From an uncultured delta proteobacterium (GTDB taxonomy: Bacteria; Desulfobacterota; Desulfomonilia; UBA1062), in assembly GCA_963785235.1 (NCBI GenBank), contig CAWAUM010000002.1, forward strand, positions 224,001 through 288,000: a DNA stretch of 64,000 nt. The letters are read 5' to 3'. Within the stretch, counting starts at the first letter, position 1. Each line of letters begins with the position of its first letter. Under the pieces are notes generated by a model. That model saw nothing but the letters and a program-made list of their open reading frames with translations. It did not search any database and was not told where the DNA came from. The position numbers were made by a program, and so were the translations under genes. This document shows positions 45,081 to 56,657 of this stretch, piece by piece.

Positions 45081-46945
45081 TGCCGGCGAGACTCCTTGAC
45101 GGCCTCAACCCGGAGCAGTCACGCGCGGTGAGACATGTGGACGGGCCGCTTCTTATCTTCGCTGGCGCAGGCTCGGGCAAGACCAGGGTCATTGTCCACC
45201 GGGTGGCGCACCTCATTGCGCAGGGTGTGGATGCAAGCCGGATACTCTGCCTCACCTTTACCAACAAGGCAGCCGGCGAGATGAAGGAGCGGCTGAGGTC
45301 CCTGCTTGGAAAACATGATATTGCCCTGTGGGCAGGGACATTTCATTCTTTTGGGGCATGGATGCTTCGGCGCGAAGCGCACCGCATAGGGTATCCTGCA
45401 GCGTTCGTTATTTACGATGAGGCTGACCAGCGCTCGCTCATTGGCAGGTGTCTCAAGGAGTTGAACATTGACCGCGAGCGGGGATGGGATGCCCGCATTG
45501 CCTGGCTTATCGGCATGAGCAAGGATACGGTGCGGCCCATAGACCAGATTCCCTTTGACCTTCACCTTGACCCGGCCCCGGTGGTCAGCCTTTATGAACA
45601 GAAAAAACAGGTCTGCGGCGCCTTTGACTTTGCAGATCTCATCTATCTCCCCGGGCAGATGCTCGCTGCCATGTCCGACCTTAGTGAGCACTATCACAAG
45701 AGGTTCACCCATATCCTGGTGGATGAATACCAGGACACCAATATGGCCCAGTACAAGCTTCTCATGCAACTTGTGGGGCCGGGCAGAAACATCTGCGTGG
45801 TGGGTGATGATGACCAGTCCATCTATGGGTGGAGGGGTGCTGATGTGGGGAATATCCTCAGGTTCAGGGACGACTTTCCCGACTCCCATGTCGTGACGCT
45901 GGAGCAGAACTACCGATCCACCGAAGACATCCTGAAGGCCGCCACATCGTTGATCGCCAACAATTCATGCCGGGCACCAAAGACATTACGCTCTGCTTGC
46001 GGGCCTGGAAGCGATGTAAGCATCATGGAATACAGCGATGATGGTGAGGAGGCGCTCCATACGGCCTATAACATCTCCCGCCTTGTTGATAAGGGCGTAA
46101 GCCCATCTTCCATAGGGGTGTTCTACCGGATCAATGCCTTGTCAAGGGTGTTGGAAGAGGCCTTTGTGAGGCGGGCCATACCCTATGCAGTCTATGGGGG
46201 CACAAGATTTTATGACCGCAGGGAGATAAAGGACCTGCTTGCATATTTGCGTGTCATCGCCAATCCTGCCGATGGAGAGGCCCTCGCAAGGATCATCAAC
46301 ACCCCGCCAAGGGGCATGGGGGAAAAGAGCCTGGAGACAGTACAGGGCCTTGCCAGGGCCGAGGGACTAACCTTCTATGATGCTCTGGAAAAGGCGGTCT
46401 CAGGCAGGGTGCTCAAGGGGGCCGCAGCCAAAGGGGCGGTTATCTTCCTTGCCATGATGGAGGAGTTCAAAAGGTTAAGTGCTGTCGCTGATGTAGCTGA
46501 GCTGCTCTCCCGGATCGTGGATCGGACAGCTTATAAAGATTACCTCGGCGGGGATATGGATGGGCAGGACAGGCTCCTGAACGTCCGGGAGCTCATCGCC
46601 AGCGTGGCAGGGATTACCGACTTGACGACCTATCTTCAGGAAAAGGCCCTGATGACAACCATGGACGTGGCCCGAGGTGAAACGGCCAGTGTCATGACCC
46701 TGCATATGTCCAAGGGGCTCGAGTTTGATCATGTCTTCATAGTCGGGTGTGAAGAGGGCCTGCTGCCCCACTCCCGGTCGTATGATACCACGGAGAACAT
46801 CGAAGAAGAGCGGCGGCTCCTGTATGTTGGCATTACAAGGGCGCGCAGACATGTCGTCCTGTCCTGGTCCCGGGTGAGGGCGCTCTATGGCAGGGAGACC
46901 TACCAGATGCCCTCAGGGTTCCTCCGGGAGATCTCAAATCCCTAG
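45077..46945 (+). CDS. pcrA: UvrD/PcrA ATP-dependent helicase
   Basis: AGAGSGKT, TFTNKAA, VDEYQDTN, GDDDQSIYGWRGA, EEERRLLYVGITRA. Confidence 0.93.
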   Translation: MMPARLLDGLNPEQSRAVRHVDGPLLIFAGAGSGKTRVIVHRVAHLIAQGVDASRILCLTFTNKAAGEMKERLRSLLGKHDIALWAGTFHSFGAWMLRREAHRIGYPAAFVIYDEADQRSLIGRCLKELNIDRERGWDARIAWLIGMSKDTVRPIDQIPFDLHLDPAPVVSLYEQKKQVCGAFDFADLIYLPGQMLAAMSDLSEHYHKRFTHILVDEYQDTNMAQYKLLMQLVGPGRNICVVGDDDQSIYGWRGADVGNILRFRDDFPDSHVVTLEQNYRSTEDILKAATSLIANNSCRAPKTLRSACGPGSDVSIMEYSDDGEEALHTAYNISRLVDKGVSPSSIGVFYRINALSRVLEEAFVRRAIPYAVYGGTRFYDRREIKDLLAYLRVIANPADGEALARIINTPPRGMGEKSLETVQGLARAEGLTFYDALEKAVSGRVLKGAAAKGAVIFLAMMEEFKRLSAVADVAELLSRIVDRTAYKDYLGGDMDGQDRLLNVRELIASVAGITDLTTYLQEKALMTTMDVARGETASVMTLHMSKGLEFDHVFIVGCEEGLLPHSRSYDTTENIEEERRLLYVGITRARRHVVLSWSRVRALYGRETYQMPSGFLREISNP

Positions 46946-47505
46946 AATTTCACCTGCGGGACAGCAGTCTCCTGTTCAGGTATATCGAAATACTGTGCTT
47001 CCTTTACACCTGCCCATGAAGAAAAGAGTACACCTGGGAAGGTCTTTACATATGAATTGAGTTCCCGGACAATGTCGTTGTACCGCTTGCGCTCCACCGC
47101 TATGCGGTTTTCCGTCCCCTCGAGGGAATCCTGGAGCTTCATGAAATTCTCGTTGGACTTGAGTTCAGGGTAGCGCTCCTGGAGTAGCAGCAGCCTGGAC
47201 AGAGCCTGCTCCAAACCACCTGCCGCCTTGGCCTTCGCTGCCACATCAGGGGCTGAGAAGTATGCCTTCCTGGCCTCAGCGATCCCTAAGAATATGGATT
47301 TTTCCTGGTTGGCAAAACCCTTGACGGTCTCCATGAGGTTCGGGATGAGATCAAACCGGCGCTTTAGCTGGTTTTCCACCTGCGCCCACTGGGCCGTCAC
47401 CGCCTCGTTCATACGGCGGGCCTTGTTGAAGCCGGATATGCCCAATCCTGTAACGAGGATGATAATGACAACAATCCCGATGATTACCTGAGTCGTTTTG
47501 CTCAT
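46942..47505 (-). CDS. lemA: LemA family protein
   Basis: QLKRRFDLIPNL, YPELKSNENF, LEGTENRIAVER. Confidence 0.95.
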   Translation of the reverse strand: MSKTTQVIIGIVVIIILVTGLGISGFNKARRMNEAVTAQWAQVENQLKRRFDLIPNLMETVKGFANQEKSIFLGIAEARKAYFSAPDVAAKAKAAGGLEQALSRLLLLQERYPELKSNENFMKLQDSLEGTENRIAVERKRYNDIVRELNSYVKTFPGVLFSSWAGVKEAQYFDIPEQETAVPQVKF

Positions 47506-47600
47506 ACAACCTCCTGTCTATCTGCGAGCATGAATGCGTATATATAGAAACGCCCTCTAAAGGGTAGCAGCCTCATAAAGTTTGGCTTCTTGATGCAGCT

Positions 47601-48362
47601 TCACCATCCGCCGGACGAGCCCCCTCCTCCGAATCCACCACCTCCACCACCGCCGAAGGAGCCGAATCCTCCCCCGCCAAAGCTGCCGAAACCGCCCGAA
47701 CTCCCACGTCCGCCTCCTCCAAGGAGAGCACCTAGGAGAAGTGCCGGCAGGATACCCCCGGACCGGGAGCGGGAAAGGGAAGAGAGAACGATTACGAATA
47801 TGATAAAAAAGAGTAAGGCTCCTATGGGAGAACCATGGGCGCGTCTGCCTGGTTGCTTCACTTCCGGTAATCCGCTGAGCTTTATGCCCTGGGCATCGGC
47901 AATGGTGCGCGCGATGACAGAGGTGGTGTTCATTGTTCCCTTGGTATAATCGCCTGCCTTGAATGCCGGGACAAGGTATGCTCTGCCGATGCTCCCCAGC
48001 ATACTGTCGGGTAGAATTTGCTCCAGTCCATACCCGGTTTCAAACCGGTATTTCCTATCCTTGACTGCGATAAGCATGAGCAGGCCGTTGTCCTTGCCCT
48101 TCTTTCCCAGCCCCCATTTCTCCGCCTGCTCAAGGCTGTACTGCTCAATGGGAATGCCTTCGGTACTTGGTACGGTAAGGATGATCATCTGAACGGTCGT
48201 CTTCTGCTCCAACTCCTGCAGTAATCCGGCCAGCTTGCTCCTGGCCCCGTCTTCTATGATGCCGGCATTGTCTACTACATAGGTGGCAGGTTGGCCCTGT
48301 GCCGCGAAGACACCCAGGGGAAAGAGAATGCATGCAAGAAGAAACTTAAACTGCCAGTGCAT
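47601..48362 (-). CDS. TPM-domain (YgcG-like) protein
   Basis: WGLGKKGKDNGLL, ETGYGLEQILPD, Gly-rich GGGSSGGW end; start approximate. Confidence 0.92.
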   Translation of the reverse strand: MHWQFKFLLACILFPLGVFAAQGQPATYVVDNAGIIEDGARSKLAGLLQELEQKTTVQMIILTVPSTEGIPIEQYSLEQAEKWGLGKKGKDNGLLMLIAVKDRKYRFETGYGLEQILPDSMLGSIGRAYLVPAFKAGDYTKGTMNTTSVIARTIADAQGIKLSGLPEVKQPGRRAHGSPIGALLFFIIFVIVLSSLSRSRSGGILPALLLGALLGGGGRGSSGGFGSFGGGGFGSFGGGGGGGFGGGGSSGGW

Positions 48363-49098
48363 CTGTGGCCGCACAAAGTTCATGGGTAATCCTGTAGGCC
48401 TCTTTGAAAAGGCCAATTATAGTATTCCGATTAAGGAAAAAACTCCTGTCAGCCTTCAATGCAATGATATCTCGAAGTCCGGCCATAGGAATATGATAGA
48501 GGGCCTCTGCCTCGATCAACACATCCGCCTTTCGAGCAGGAGGCTCCTCTGGGGCCTGGACAAGGAACAGCATGGACCTCAGCAGTGCGAAGAATCCGGG
48601 CAGGGCCTCCAGGAGCAGCGCCTTGATCTCTCTGGTCCTGCCTTCACAGGAGACATAACCGCGCTGCAGGTTGATGAGCTTGCCCTTGAGGTCGCGCTCG
48701 CACTGCATCCTTAGATGTGCCTTGTCGATGGCAAGCTTGCCGAAATGGTCGGGGCCATAAACCGTCTTGTGAAAGAGTTTGATGTCCAGGAACTCTATGG
48801 GGAAGACATCCAGAGAGCGCTTTATGTAATCCTCGGTCATAACGAGAGGGCTATTGATGCGCCTTCTTTTGAACCTTGACATGGAGGCAAGGATATCAAG
48901 TTCGGGCTGATCCGTCTGGGTAAGCACGAGCACGGAATTGATATCAGACTGACCGGGGACGAAGTCGCCTGTAATGCAACTCCCGGTTACACACAGCGAC
49001 AGGAGTCTTAAGGAAAATTTTGCCAGCAGCTCCTGGGCAAAGGGCTGGAAGACCACTGCAGCCTCACCAGGGATGCCTTTCAGTTCGAAATCGGCCAT
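48346..49098 (-). CDS. Nucleotidyltransferase-fold protein
   Basis: GSCITGDFVPGQSDINSVLVL, SLDVFPIEFLDI, LRMQCERDLKGKL. Confidence 0.75.
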   Translation of the reverse strand: MADFELKGIPGEAAVVFQPFAQELLAKFSLRLLSLCVTGSCITGDFVPGQSDINSVLVLTQTDQPELDILASMSRFKRRRINSPLVMTEDYIKRSLDVFPIEFLDIKLFHKTVYGPDHFGKLAIDKAHLRMQCERDLKGKLINLQRGYVSCEGRTREIKALLLEALPGFFALLRSMLFLVQAPEEPPARKADVLIEAEALYHIPMAGLRDIIALKADRSFFLNRNTIIGLFKEAYRITHELCAATDALAV

Positions 49099-49520
49099 GG
49101 ATAACTCCTTTGGGATGTGTTGTATCACACGGATGTATTCCATCCAAGCCTGAAGTCTAAAGCATGGGGAAGGGCTCCCTGGCGGCTTATGAATAAAGCT
49201 GTAAGCACGGCAGAAGGATTTTTTAATAAAAAAAATAGCCAGAAGAAGTTTAGGTTTAAGGACAAAGCACGAGATGTTTTGTCCCCTCTTCTGGCGTAAA
49301 GGAGGTCAGAACAACACTTGTTGTAATTGCATTCATGACACTTAATGCATGCCCGGTCAACAAAAAAATGATTCATTGATCAAACATATGATATTTTGTA
49401 TGCTGTATAATATGTCTTACAATCAGACATCGTAGAGTGGTCCTTGGAGACGAGCGATAATAGGGACTATACTCTGTTTGTGCAGCTATTGAAAGATACA
49501 CTCAATTGCGACATCCGAGC

Positions 49521-51944
49521 CTAAAAGGTTTCGTTCTTCAGCCGCATGGCATTGGTAATGACGGACACCGAGCTGAAGCTCATGGCTGCTGCTGCTATCA
49601 TAGGAGACATGATAATCCCGAAGAAAGGATAGAGTATCCCTGCTGCAATGGGTACACACAGGATATTATAGAAAAATGCAAAGAAGAGATTCTGTTTGAT
49701 ATTGCGCATGGTTGCCTTGCTCAGGAGCCGTGCCCTGGCAATGGCCCGCAAGTCTCCCTTGATAAGGGTAACATGTGCGCTTGCAATAGCGATATCCGTC
49801 CCGCCTCCCATGGCAATGCCCACGTTTGCTTGAGCAAGGGCCGGTGCGTCATTGATGCCGTCGCCGGCCATGGCAACCTGGCGGCCTTGGCCTTGTAGTT
49901 TTTTAATTACATCAACTTTTTCCGTAGGCAATACCCCGGCGATGACATCACGGATGCCAAGCTCCTTTGCTATGGCCTGGGCTGCGGATATTCTGTCTCC
50001 GGTAAGCATGACCAGGTGAAGCCCGTCATTGATAAGCATGTGTACTGCTGATTTGGAGGTTCCCTTAATGGCATCCGAAACCGCGATTACCCCTTGCGCC
50101 TTCCCGTCAACAGCAATGTACATAACGGTTGCACCCTGCTTTGATAGCTGTTCCGCCTGAGGTTGGAGCCATCCGGCTTCAATATGAAGGTCCTGCAGCA
50201 GGTGATCGTTACCTAATGCGACCTCGTGGTTTTCCACAGAGCCAGTAATACCTTTGCCTGTATGAGCTGTGAAACCCGAAGGTGAGGCAACTTGGATACC
50301 TCGGCTGAGGGCAGCTTGTACAATGGCCTGAGACAATGGGTGCTCGCTGCCCTTTTCAATGCTAGCGGCCAGAAAGAGGAGGGTATCCTCATTGAATGCA
50401 CCGCTTGGTATGATGGCGTGAAGTGTGGGCTTACCCTGGGTGAGGGTCCCTGTCTTGTCCACAACCACAGTATCCACCTTTTCAAAGGACTGGATGGCCT
50501 CGGCATCCCTGAACAGCACGCCCATATGCGCGCCTTTGCCTGTAGCAACGAGGATGGACATGGGTGTTGCGAGACCCAATGCGCATGGGCAGGCAATTAT
50601 GAGCACCGATACAGCCGATACGATGGCATAAGGAAGTCTGGGTTCAGGCCCAAAGATCATCCAGATGATGAAGGAGATGAAAGAGACGGCAAATATTGCA
50701 GGGACAAAGTAGGAGGCCACTACATCAGCAAGCTGTTGGATAGGAGCCCTGCTCCTGCCGGCCTCGATGGTGAGGCGAACGATCTGGGACAACAATGTCT
50801 CGCTTCCAACCTTCTCGGCCTTCATGACAAACGAGCCGTTCCCGTTTACCGTAGCCCCCACAACCTTGTTGCCCATGGTCTTTTCCACCGGTATGGGCTC
50901 GCCCGAGATCATGGATTCATCAATCGAGCTTGTTCCCTCCATGATGAGACCGTCTGTTGGGACTTTCTCGCCGGGTCTCACCCGCAAGAGGTCGCCAGGG
51001 TGGATCATCTCCAGGGGTATATCCTCTTCGTAACCGTCCGCCCGTATGATCCTGGCGGTTTTAGGCGCGAGTTTCAAGAGCGCCCTGATGGCGTCGCCTG
51101 TCCGGGACCGTGCCCCCAGTTCAAGGACCTGACCCAGAAGGACCAGGGTCACGATCATGGCCGATGCCTCAAAATATACCCCCACTGTACCCTCTTTCCC
51201 TTTGAGCGTTGCCGGAAAGAGATCAGGGAAAAGGGTTGCAATAAGGCTATAGCCAAAGGAGACCAAGACCCCGATGCCGATGAGGGTGAACATGTTAAGG
51301 TTCCTTGTTTTTATGGATATCCAGGCGCGAACAAAGAACGGCCATCCGCACCAGAGCACCACCGGGGTAGCCATCAGGAACTCAACCCATACGAAGGCCT
51401 GTTCAGATGCAATACCCTCAAAGAGATGTCCCGGCAGCATATGCCTCATTGCGATAAGCATGATGGGGATAGTGAGCGCTAGCCCGAAAAAGAACCTCCT
51501 CTTCATATCGAGGTATTCCGGGTTTTCTTCTTCCTCCAAAGAAGGCGCCATGGGCTCCAGGGCCATACCGCACTTGGGACAGATCCCCGGACCATCCGTG
51601 ATGATCTCCGGGTCCATCGGGCATGTATATTTCCCGGTTGCTGATTCTTGCATCATAACCGGTGAAAGCGTTGCTGAAAGGCTTGGATCTGTCAGGCGGT
51701 TGATATATGTCTGTGGGTCCTTCTTGAATTTTTCCAGACACTTGGGATTACAGAAATAATAGATCGACCCCTTATGTTCATAAGGCATGTATGCTTCCTT
51801 GTCAGTGGTGCGCATCATGCAAACCGGATCAATGTATTCTGCCTGGGCATGTGCAGGAGAACAGTGCGGACAGCTCTTGATAGAAGTCTGGATCTGAATA
51901 CCTTTGTCCACGATCTTCATGGGTTTGTCCCGGGGATTATCCAT
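49521..51944 (-). CDS. copA: Cu(I)-translocating P1B-type ATPase with YHS domain
   Basis: DPVC...[45 protein letters not shown]/MxxSS. Confidence 0.93.
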   Translation of the reverse strand: MDNPRDKPMKIVDKGIQIQTSIKSCPHCSPAHAQAEYIDPVCMMRTTDKEAYMPYEHKGSIYYFCNPKCLEKFKKDPQTYINRLTDPSLSATLSPVMMQESATGKYTCPMDPEIITDGPGICPKCGMALEPMAPSLEEEENPEYLDMKRRFFFGLALTIPIMLIAMRHMLPGHLFEGIASEQAFVWVEFLMATPVVLWCGWPFFVRAWISIKTRNLNMFTLIGIGVLVSFGYSLIATLFPDLFPATLKGKEGTVGVYFEASAMIVTLVLLGQVLELGARSRTGDAIRALLKLAPKTARIIRADGYEEDIPLEMIHPGDLLRVRPGEKVPTDGLIMEGTSSIDESMISGEPIPVEKTMGNKVVGATVNGNGSFVMKAEKVGSETLLSQIVRLTIEAGRSRAPIQQLADVVASYFVPAIFAVSFISFIIWMIFGPEPRLPYAIVSAVSVLIIACPCALGLATPMSILVATGKGAHMGVLFRDAEAIQSFEKVDTVVVDKTGTLTQGKPTLHAIIPSGAFNEDTLLFLAASIEKGSEHPLSQAIVQAALSRGIQVASPSGFTAHTGKGITGSVENHEVALGNDHLLQDLHIEAGWLQPQAEQLSKQGATVMYIAVDGKAQGVIAVSDAIKGTSKSAVHMLINDGLHLVMLTGDRISAAQAIAKELGIRDVIAGVLPTEKVDVIKKLQGQGRQVAMAGDGINDAPALAQANVGIAMGGGTDIAIASAHVTLIKGDLRAIARARLLSKATMRNIKQNLFFAFFYNILCVPIAAGILYPFFGIIMSPMIAAAAMSFSSVSVITNAMRLKNETF

Positions 51945-52032
51945 TGAATGCCTCCTGCCTGGGTTTTATCACACAAGTGTCGCATTTCTTAGATAAGGCC
52001 GTTGATAAGGGATATCAAGATGTTATACCGCA

Positions 52033-54402
52033 TTAAGTGCCACAGGTGTCTTTACGCTCAGGTTCCTTGCCTAAAGAGTCATCCTCGGCAAAAAATGTTT
52101 CGGTCTTGATGATGTCTTCCATCCGGAGCTTGTCCGGGGAGAAGCTCTCCAGGAGCAGCACAGGAGAAATGGTCCTGCCCTGGTTAAAGGCCAGACGCAG
52201 GGTCGTAGGGTCAGAATATTCAAGATAATCAGCCACGGACAGAGATTTGCCCTCCTTCACTACGCATGCATCAGGCGTGAGCGATAGGGCAAAAGGTTTG
52301 AGGGTCCTGTAAGTATAAGATCGAACCTGCTTCAATTTACCCTCAGCACAGGAGATGACGGATGACCCTGCCGGCAGGTTTGCATCGAGGCGCTCTGATA
52401 TCTCTTTGGGATTAACGGGGTGCTTGAGTTCGATGGATACATACTCGCATTTTGATGCGATCCCATAGGAGGTTGGTGGGGTGGTGCTGAGTTTCATAAT
52501 GGGGCTGAAGCCCTGGGAGTAGATCGCATCGAGTCCGGCCCTCCGAATGGCCCTCCTGAGCATCTCCTGGAATTCACGGGGAGAGAGAAACCGCAATCCC
52601 TCCTCTTTGGAAAGTCCTATTACATAAGAATACGCGCCGTGGGCTGACCTCTCGTGGAAAAGATGAATTGGCTCGGGTTTTTGCCTTATTATGTTAGTTA
52701 GCCCTGCGGTGCAAACCCCGCACTTGTTGCAGTCCCCGTCCCTGCAGTCGTTGGTGGGTTTTTCGCCATGGGCGCGCATGCGCTCTGCGAGCAGAAAGCC
52801 TTTCTCAATTCCCATGTCGATAAAGTCCCAGGGCAACGTCTGCTCTGTTTTCCTTGGTCCAAGATATGATGCCGCATCTATCCCGGTCACAGCAAAGGCC
52901 TTTTCCCAGGCTTGCATATTAAGCGTGTCGCCCCATCCGTCCAGATATGCCCCGCCGCGGTGCGCCTCAAGCAGAAGGCGCGAAAGCGTAAGATCACCAC
53001 GGGCGAACACCCCTTCCAACGTTGAAAGCCTCGAGTCATGCCATTTTAACGTGATGCTTCTATGGCGCAGTTGTTTCTGGAGGAGGTTCACTGCCACCTG
53101 GTACTTCTCAGCCGATATCTGTCCCTCCCACTGGAAAGGTGTAAAGGCCTTTGGAATATAACAGGAGATGCTGATGGTGAGGTTTCCTCTGAAGGCTTTG
53201 GAAAGATTGCGCGACAGTTCGCTGATGGCCTCGATGTCAGCCTCTTGTTCTGTAGGGAGGCCAACCATGAAATAGAGCTTCAGCGATCTCCACCCGAGAT
53301 CCCGGATGAGCGACGCGCTCCTGAACAGGTCTTCTTCTGTGTTGCCCTTGTTGATCACCGCCCTCAGACGCTCAGTGGCGGCCTCGGGTGCCATTGTGAA
53401 TCCGGGCTTCTTGACCGAAGCGATGAGGTCGGCCACAGTTCGGGTGATGCCTTCCACCCGCAAAGAGGGGATGCTCACCGATATCTCCCTGGATGGACAA
53501 TGGACCGACTCTATGAGCTCGTTTATGTAGCTCAGGTCGGTCATGGAAAGGGCCATCATGCCCACGATGTCACAACCTGTTGTTGCAAGGCCTTTTCTGT
53601 AGGATTCCAGCACTGATGGATAGGAACGCTCGCGGTAGGGGCGGTAAATCATGCCTGCCTGGCAGAACCTGCATCCTCGCGTACAGCCCCTGGCAACCTC
53701 CACGCCGATGCGGTCGTGGACGATTCCGATATGCGGCAGCACGGGTGAGCCCGGGAAGGGATAGAGGTCCAGGTCCGGCAACACCCGGCGACGAGGCCGC
53801 GTGGGATTTCCAGGAAGATACACGCCCTGGATCTCGGAAAAGGCCTGAAGTCGTTCCTTGCGATTTTTTGTAGCCAGGCATATCCTTGCCATCTCCTGCA
53901 CGATTTCCTCACCGTCGCCAATCACCACAAGGTCTAAGAAGTCCATAACCGGGGTGGGGTTTGCATAGAATGTTCCACCAGCAATTACGATGGGGTCGGC
54001 GTCGCCGCGCTCGGCTGCAAAAAGAGGGATGCCTGCCATCTTCAGCATGCCGAGCATGGTGGTAAAGGAGAGCTCATATAAAAGGGAAAATCCAACGATG
54101 TCGAATTGCGAAATGGGCCTGCCTTCCTCCAAGCTCGCTAGGGGGATATTATGCCGGGTAAGCTGTTCGGCAAGGTCATGCCAGGGCGCAAAGACACGTT
54201 GTGCCCAGATGCCGGGCATGGAGTTGAGGATGTTATAGAGGATCTTGATGCCCGCATGTGACATACCGATCTCATAGACATCAGGGAATGCCAGGGCAAA
54301 GCGAACCTTGACCTCATCATCTTTCTTGATGACCTGGTTTACTTCACCCCCGATATACCTGGCAGGTTTGGTTATGGATTCAAGCAAATTGAGAATGTTC
54401 AT
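52033..54402 (-). CDS. B12-binding radical SAM protein (TIGR03960-like) fused to a DUF2344/TIGR03936-like domain
   Basis: KPARYIGGE, FPDVYEIGMS, RGCTRGCRFCQAG; C-terminal YSQGFSP domain. Confidence 0.9.
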   Translation of the reverse strand: MNILNLLESITKPARYIGGEVNQVIKKDDEVKVRFALAFPDVYEIGMSHAGIKILYNILNSMPGIWAQRVFAPWHDLAEQLTRHNIPLASLEEGRPISQFDIVGFSLLYELSFTTMLGMLKMAGIPLFAAERGDADPIVIAGGTFYANPTPVMDFLDLVVIGDGEEIVQEMARICLATKNRKERLQAFSEIQGVYLPGNPTRPRRRVLPDLDLYPFPGSPVLPHIGIVHDRIGVEVARGCTRGCRFCQAGMIYRPYRERSYPSVLESYRKGLATTGCDIVGMMALSMTDLSYINELIESVHCPSREISVSIPSLRVEGITRTVADLIASVKKPGFTMAPEAATERLRAVINKGNTEEDLFRSASLIRDLGWRSLKLYFMVGLPTEQEADIEAISELSRNLSKAFRGNLTISISCYIPKAFTPFQWEGQISAEKYQVAVNLLQKQLRHRSITLKWHDSRLSTLEGVFARGDLTLSRLLLEAHRGGAYLDGWGDTLNMQAWEKAFAVTGIDAASYLGPRKTEQTLPWDFIDMGIEKGFLLAERMRAHGEKPTNDCRDGDCNKCGVCTAGLTNIIRQKPEPIHLFHERSAHGAYSYVIGLSKEEGLRFLSPREFQEMLRRAIRRAGLDAIYSQGFSPIMKLSTTPPTSYGIASKCEYVSIELKHPVNPKEISERLDANLPAGSSVISCAEGKLKQVRSYTYRTLKPFALSLTPDACVVKEGKSLSVADYLEYSDPTTLRLAFNQGRTISPVLLLESFSPDKLRMEDIIKTETFFAEDDSLGKEPERKDTCGT

Positions 54403-54548
54403 TATGGCCTTGGTATCCCCAGCTGAATTTTAGAGTCCCCCAGGGTAGCCACAGATATTCCCAAGAGTCAATGCTGCATTCTCGCCGGACGCATTCATCC
54501 TTGCCTGGCCGTACTGGTCATGATAATGGGGGAAGACAGGAGAAGACA

Positions 54549-54992
54549 ATGTCAGAAGAGAAGCTCACCTTGGGAGAATATTTCAAGAGGGAACGGGAAA
54601 GCAAGGGCATCGATCTTAAAGAGATTGAGGAAAGGACAAAGATCTCTGCCCAGACCCTCATATTTCTCGAGGAAGACCAGCTTGACCTGCTCCCGCCCAG
54701 GACCTTTCTGAGGGGGTTCCTGCGCGTTATCAGCAAAGAGTTCCATTTCGATGAAGAGGAACTCCTGGCTCACCTGGAAGAGACACTGTCATCGCATGAA
54801 CTTAAAAACAAGAAGGCAAAAGTGGTGTCATATCATAATAAACCTGCAATGCCTGTTATCCTGATCATCATTGCGGTCGTGCTGATTGCAGTAGTCATCT
54901 TCGCGGTGGCGCTAAAAAGATGTGGACAGGAGCCACAGGGCGACCAGAAGACCAGCAGTCTTTCCCAGACCTATGCCACCACAGTTATTTGA
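54549..54992 (+). CDS. RodZ-like HTH membrane protein (short)
   Basis: LGEYFKRERE...TKIS...LEE...TFLRGFLR, then one TM helix. Confidence 0.8.
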   Translation: MSEEKLTLGEYFKRERESKGIDLKEIEERTKISAQTLIFLEEDQLDLLPPRTFLRGFLRVISKEFHFDEEELLAHLEETLSSHELKNKKAKVVSYHNKPAMPVILIIIAVVLIAVVIFAVALKRCGQEPQGDQKTSSLSQTYATTVI

Positions 54993-55066
54993 ATTTGTCC
55001 TCAAGCCCCCCTTAAATTTATGAACCGGCTGAACCTTAGCTGAAACAACCCTAAACAGGCCAAAAG

Positions 55067-55784
55067 ATGCCGCGATACACTTCAGAGGCCATCATCCTGC
55101 ACACAACTGATTTTCTGGAATCGGACAAGATCGTGCACGCCCTGACCAGGGAACAGGGACTTATTTCCGCCATCGCCAAGGGCGCACACCGCAGCAAGAA
55201 GAGGTTCCCCGGAACATTGGAGCCTTTCTGCGAGGTGACCCTGGAGGTCTATCAGGGCCGCAGCACCGATCTGCAGCGCATAGAGTCGGCAACCCTGATC
55301 AATGCGAACCTGGGGATACGCGAGGACCTCTCACTTATTGGATATTCCTGTGTGCTTCTGGAGGTGGTTAAGGAGAATCTCGGGCCATACGATCCATCTC
55401 CTGTTACCTATGAATGCTTACGCAAGGCCCTTATCGGTCATGGATCCCTGCAGGCAGTGGTTTCCCCTGTGGAGCATCTCCATGGTGAATATCCTGCGCT
55501 CACTGGGGTACGGCATCGATTTTGAGACCCTTGCCCGGGGCGTGGATCACGCAGGCAATGGCAGCTGGTCAGACAGGACCGGCCTTTCTGCAGAGGCCTG
55601 CATGTTCCTGGAGAAGGGTGCCCAGCTGGAGTCCGATGTGCTGGTCAGGATCAATGTGAGCCTTCAGGCCAGGAGGGAGATCACCTCATACCTGCTGCGC
55701 CTGTGCTCCAAGATCTCCGAAAGACCCCTGAAAACAGCCATGTTCCTGGCAAAGCTGCTTGACCTGGATATGAACCAATGCTAG
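55067..55784 (+). CDS. recO: DNA repair protein RecO; indel near 55435
   Basis: ESDKIV..LT..G...[11 protein letters not shown]...LEPF; continues in ORF 55302-55784; upstream of glyQ. Confidence 0.88.
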
Positions 55785-55795
55785 ATGGTGAGACT

Positions 55796-56657
55796 ATGGA
55801 TTTCCAAGAATTAATACTGAATTTACACGATTACTGGTCACGGTACGGTTGCCTCATTGCCCAGCCCTATGATCTTGAGGTCGGCGCCGGCACCTTCAAC
55901 CCTTCCACGTTCCTGCGGGTTCTGGGCCCTGAGCCATGGAACGTCGCCTATGTCGAGCCCAGCAGAAGGCCCACTGACGGCCGCTACGGGGAAAATCCCA
56001 ACAGGCTCCAGCACTACTACCAGTACCAGGTCATCCTGAAGCCCTCCCCGCTCGATGTCCAGGAGATCTACCTGGACAGCCTGAGACAGCTCGGCATCGA
56101 TACACGAGAGCACGACATCCGCTTCGTGGAGGACGACTGGGAATCCCCAACGCTTGGCGCGTGGGGGCTTGGCTGGGAGGTGTGGCTGGACGGCATGGAA
56201 ATCACCCAGTTCACCTACTTCCAGCAGGTAGGAGGCTTTGACCTGGATCCGGTATGCACCGAGATCACCTATGGCCTGGAGCGCATCGCCATGTATCTCC
56301 AGAACAAGGGCTCGGTCTATGATATAAAGTGGAAAGATAACTGGAACTATGGGTATGTGCACCATAAAGGCGAGGTGCAGTGGTCCAAATACAACTTCGA
56401 GCTCGCCGACGTACAGATGCTCCTGGAGCTCTTCAGGCTCTACGAGGAAGAGGGCAAGCGTATCGCCCTGCAGGCGTTTGTGCCTGCCGGTCTATGATAT
56501 GTGCCTCAAGTGTTCGCACATCTTCAACCTGCTGAACGCGCGCGGCGCCATCAGTACCACCGAGCGCCAGTCGTATGTGCTCAGGGTCCGCGAGCTGGCA
56601 CGTACGGCTGCCAGGTTGTACCTGGATGATATCCAGGCAAAGGGCGAGGTGGCGTGA
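55796..56657 (+). CDS. glyQ: Glycyl-tRNA synthetase alpha subunit; indel near 56480
   Basis: [37 protein letters not shown]; [10 protein letters not shown] in the shifted frame. Confidence 0.96.

Noticed and set aside
47601-47730. CCN-rich repeats
   Set aside because: They encode the standard Gly-rich tail of the TPM protein.
49125-49376. 83-aa ORF containing CIKCH as a c-type cytochrome
   Set aside because: No signal peptide or clear RBS, and AT-rich spacer-like composition; the motif is probably chance.
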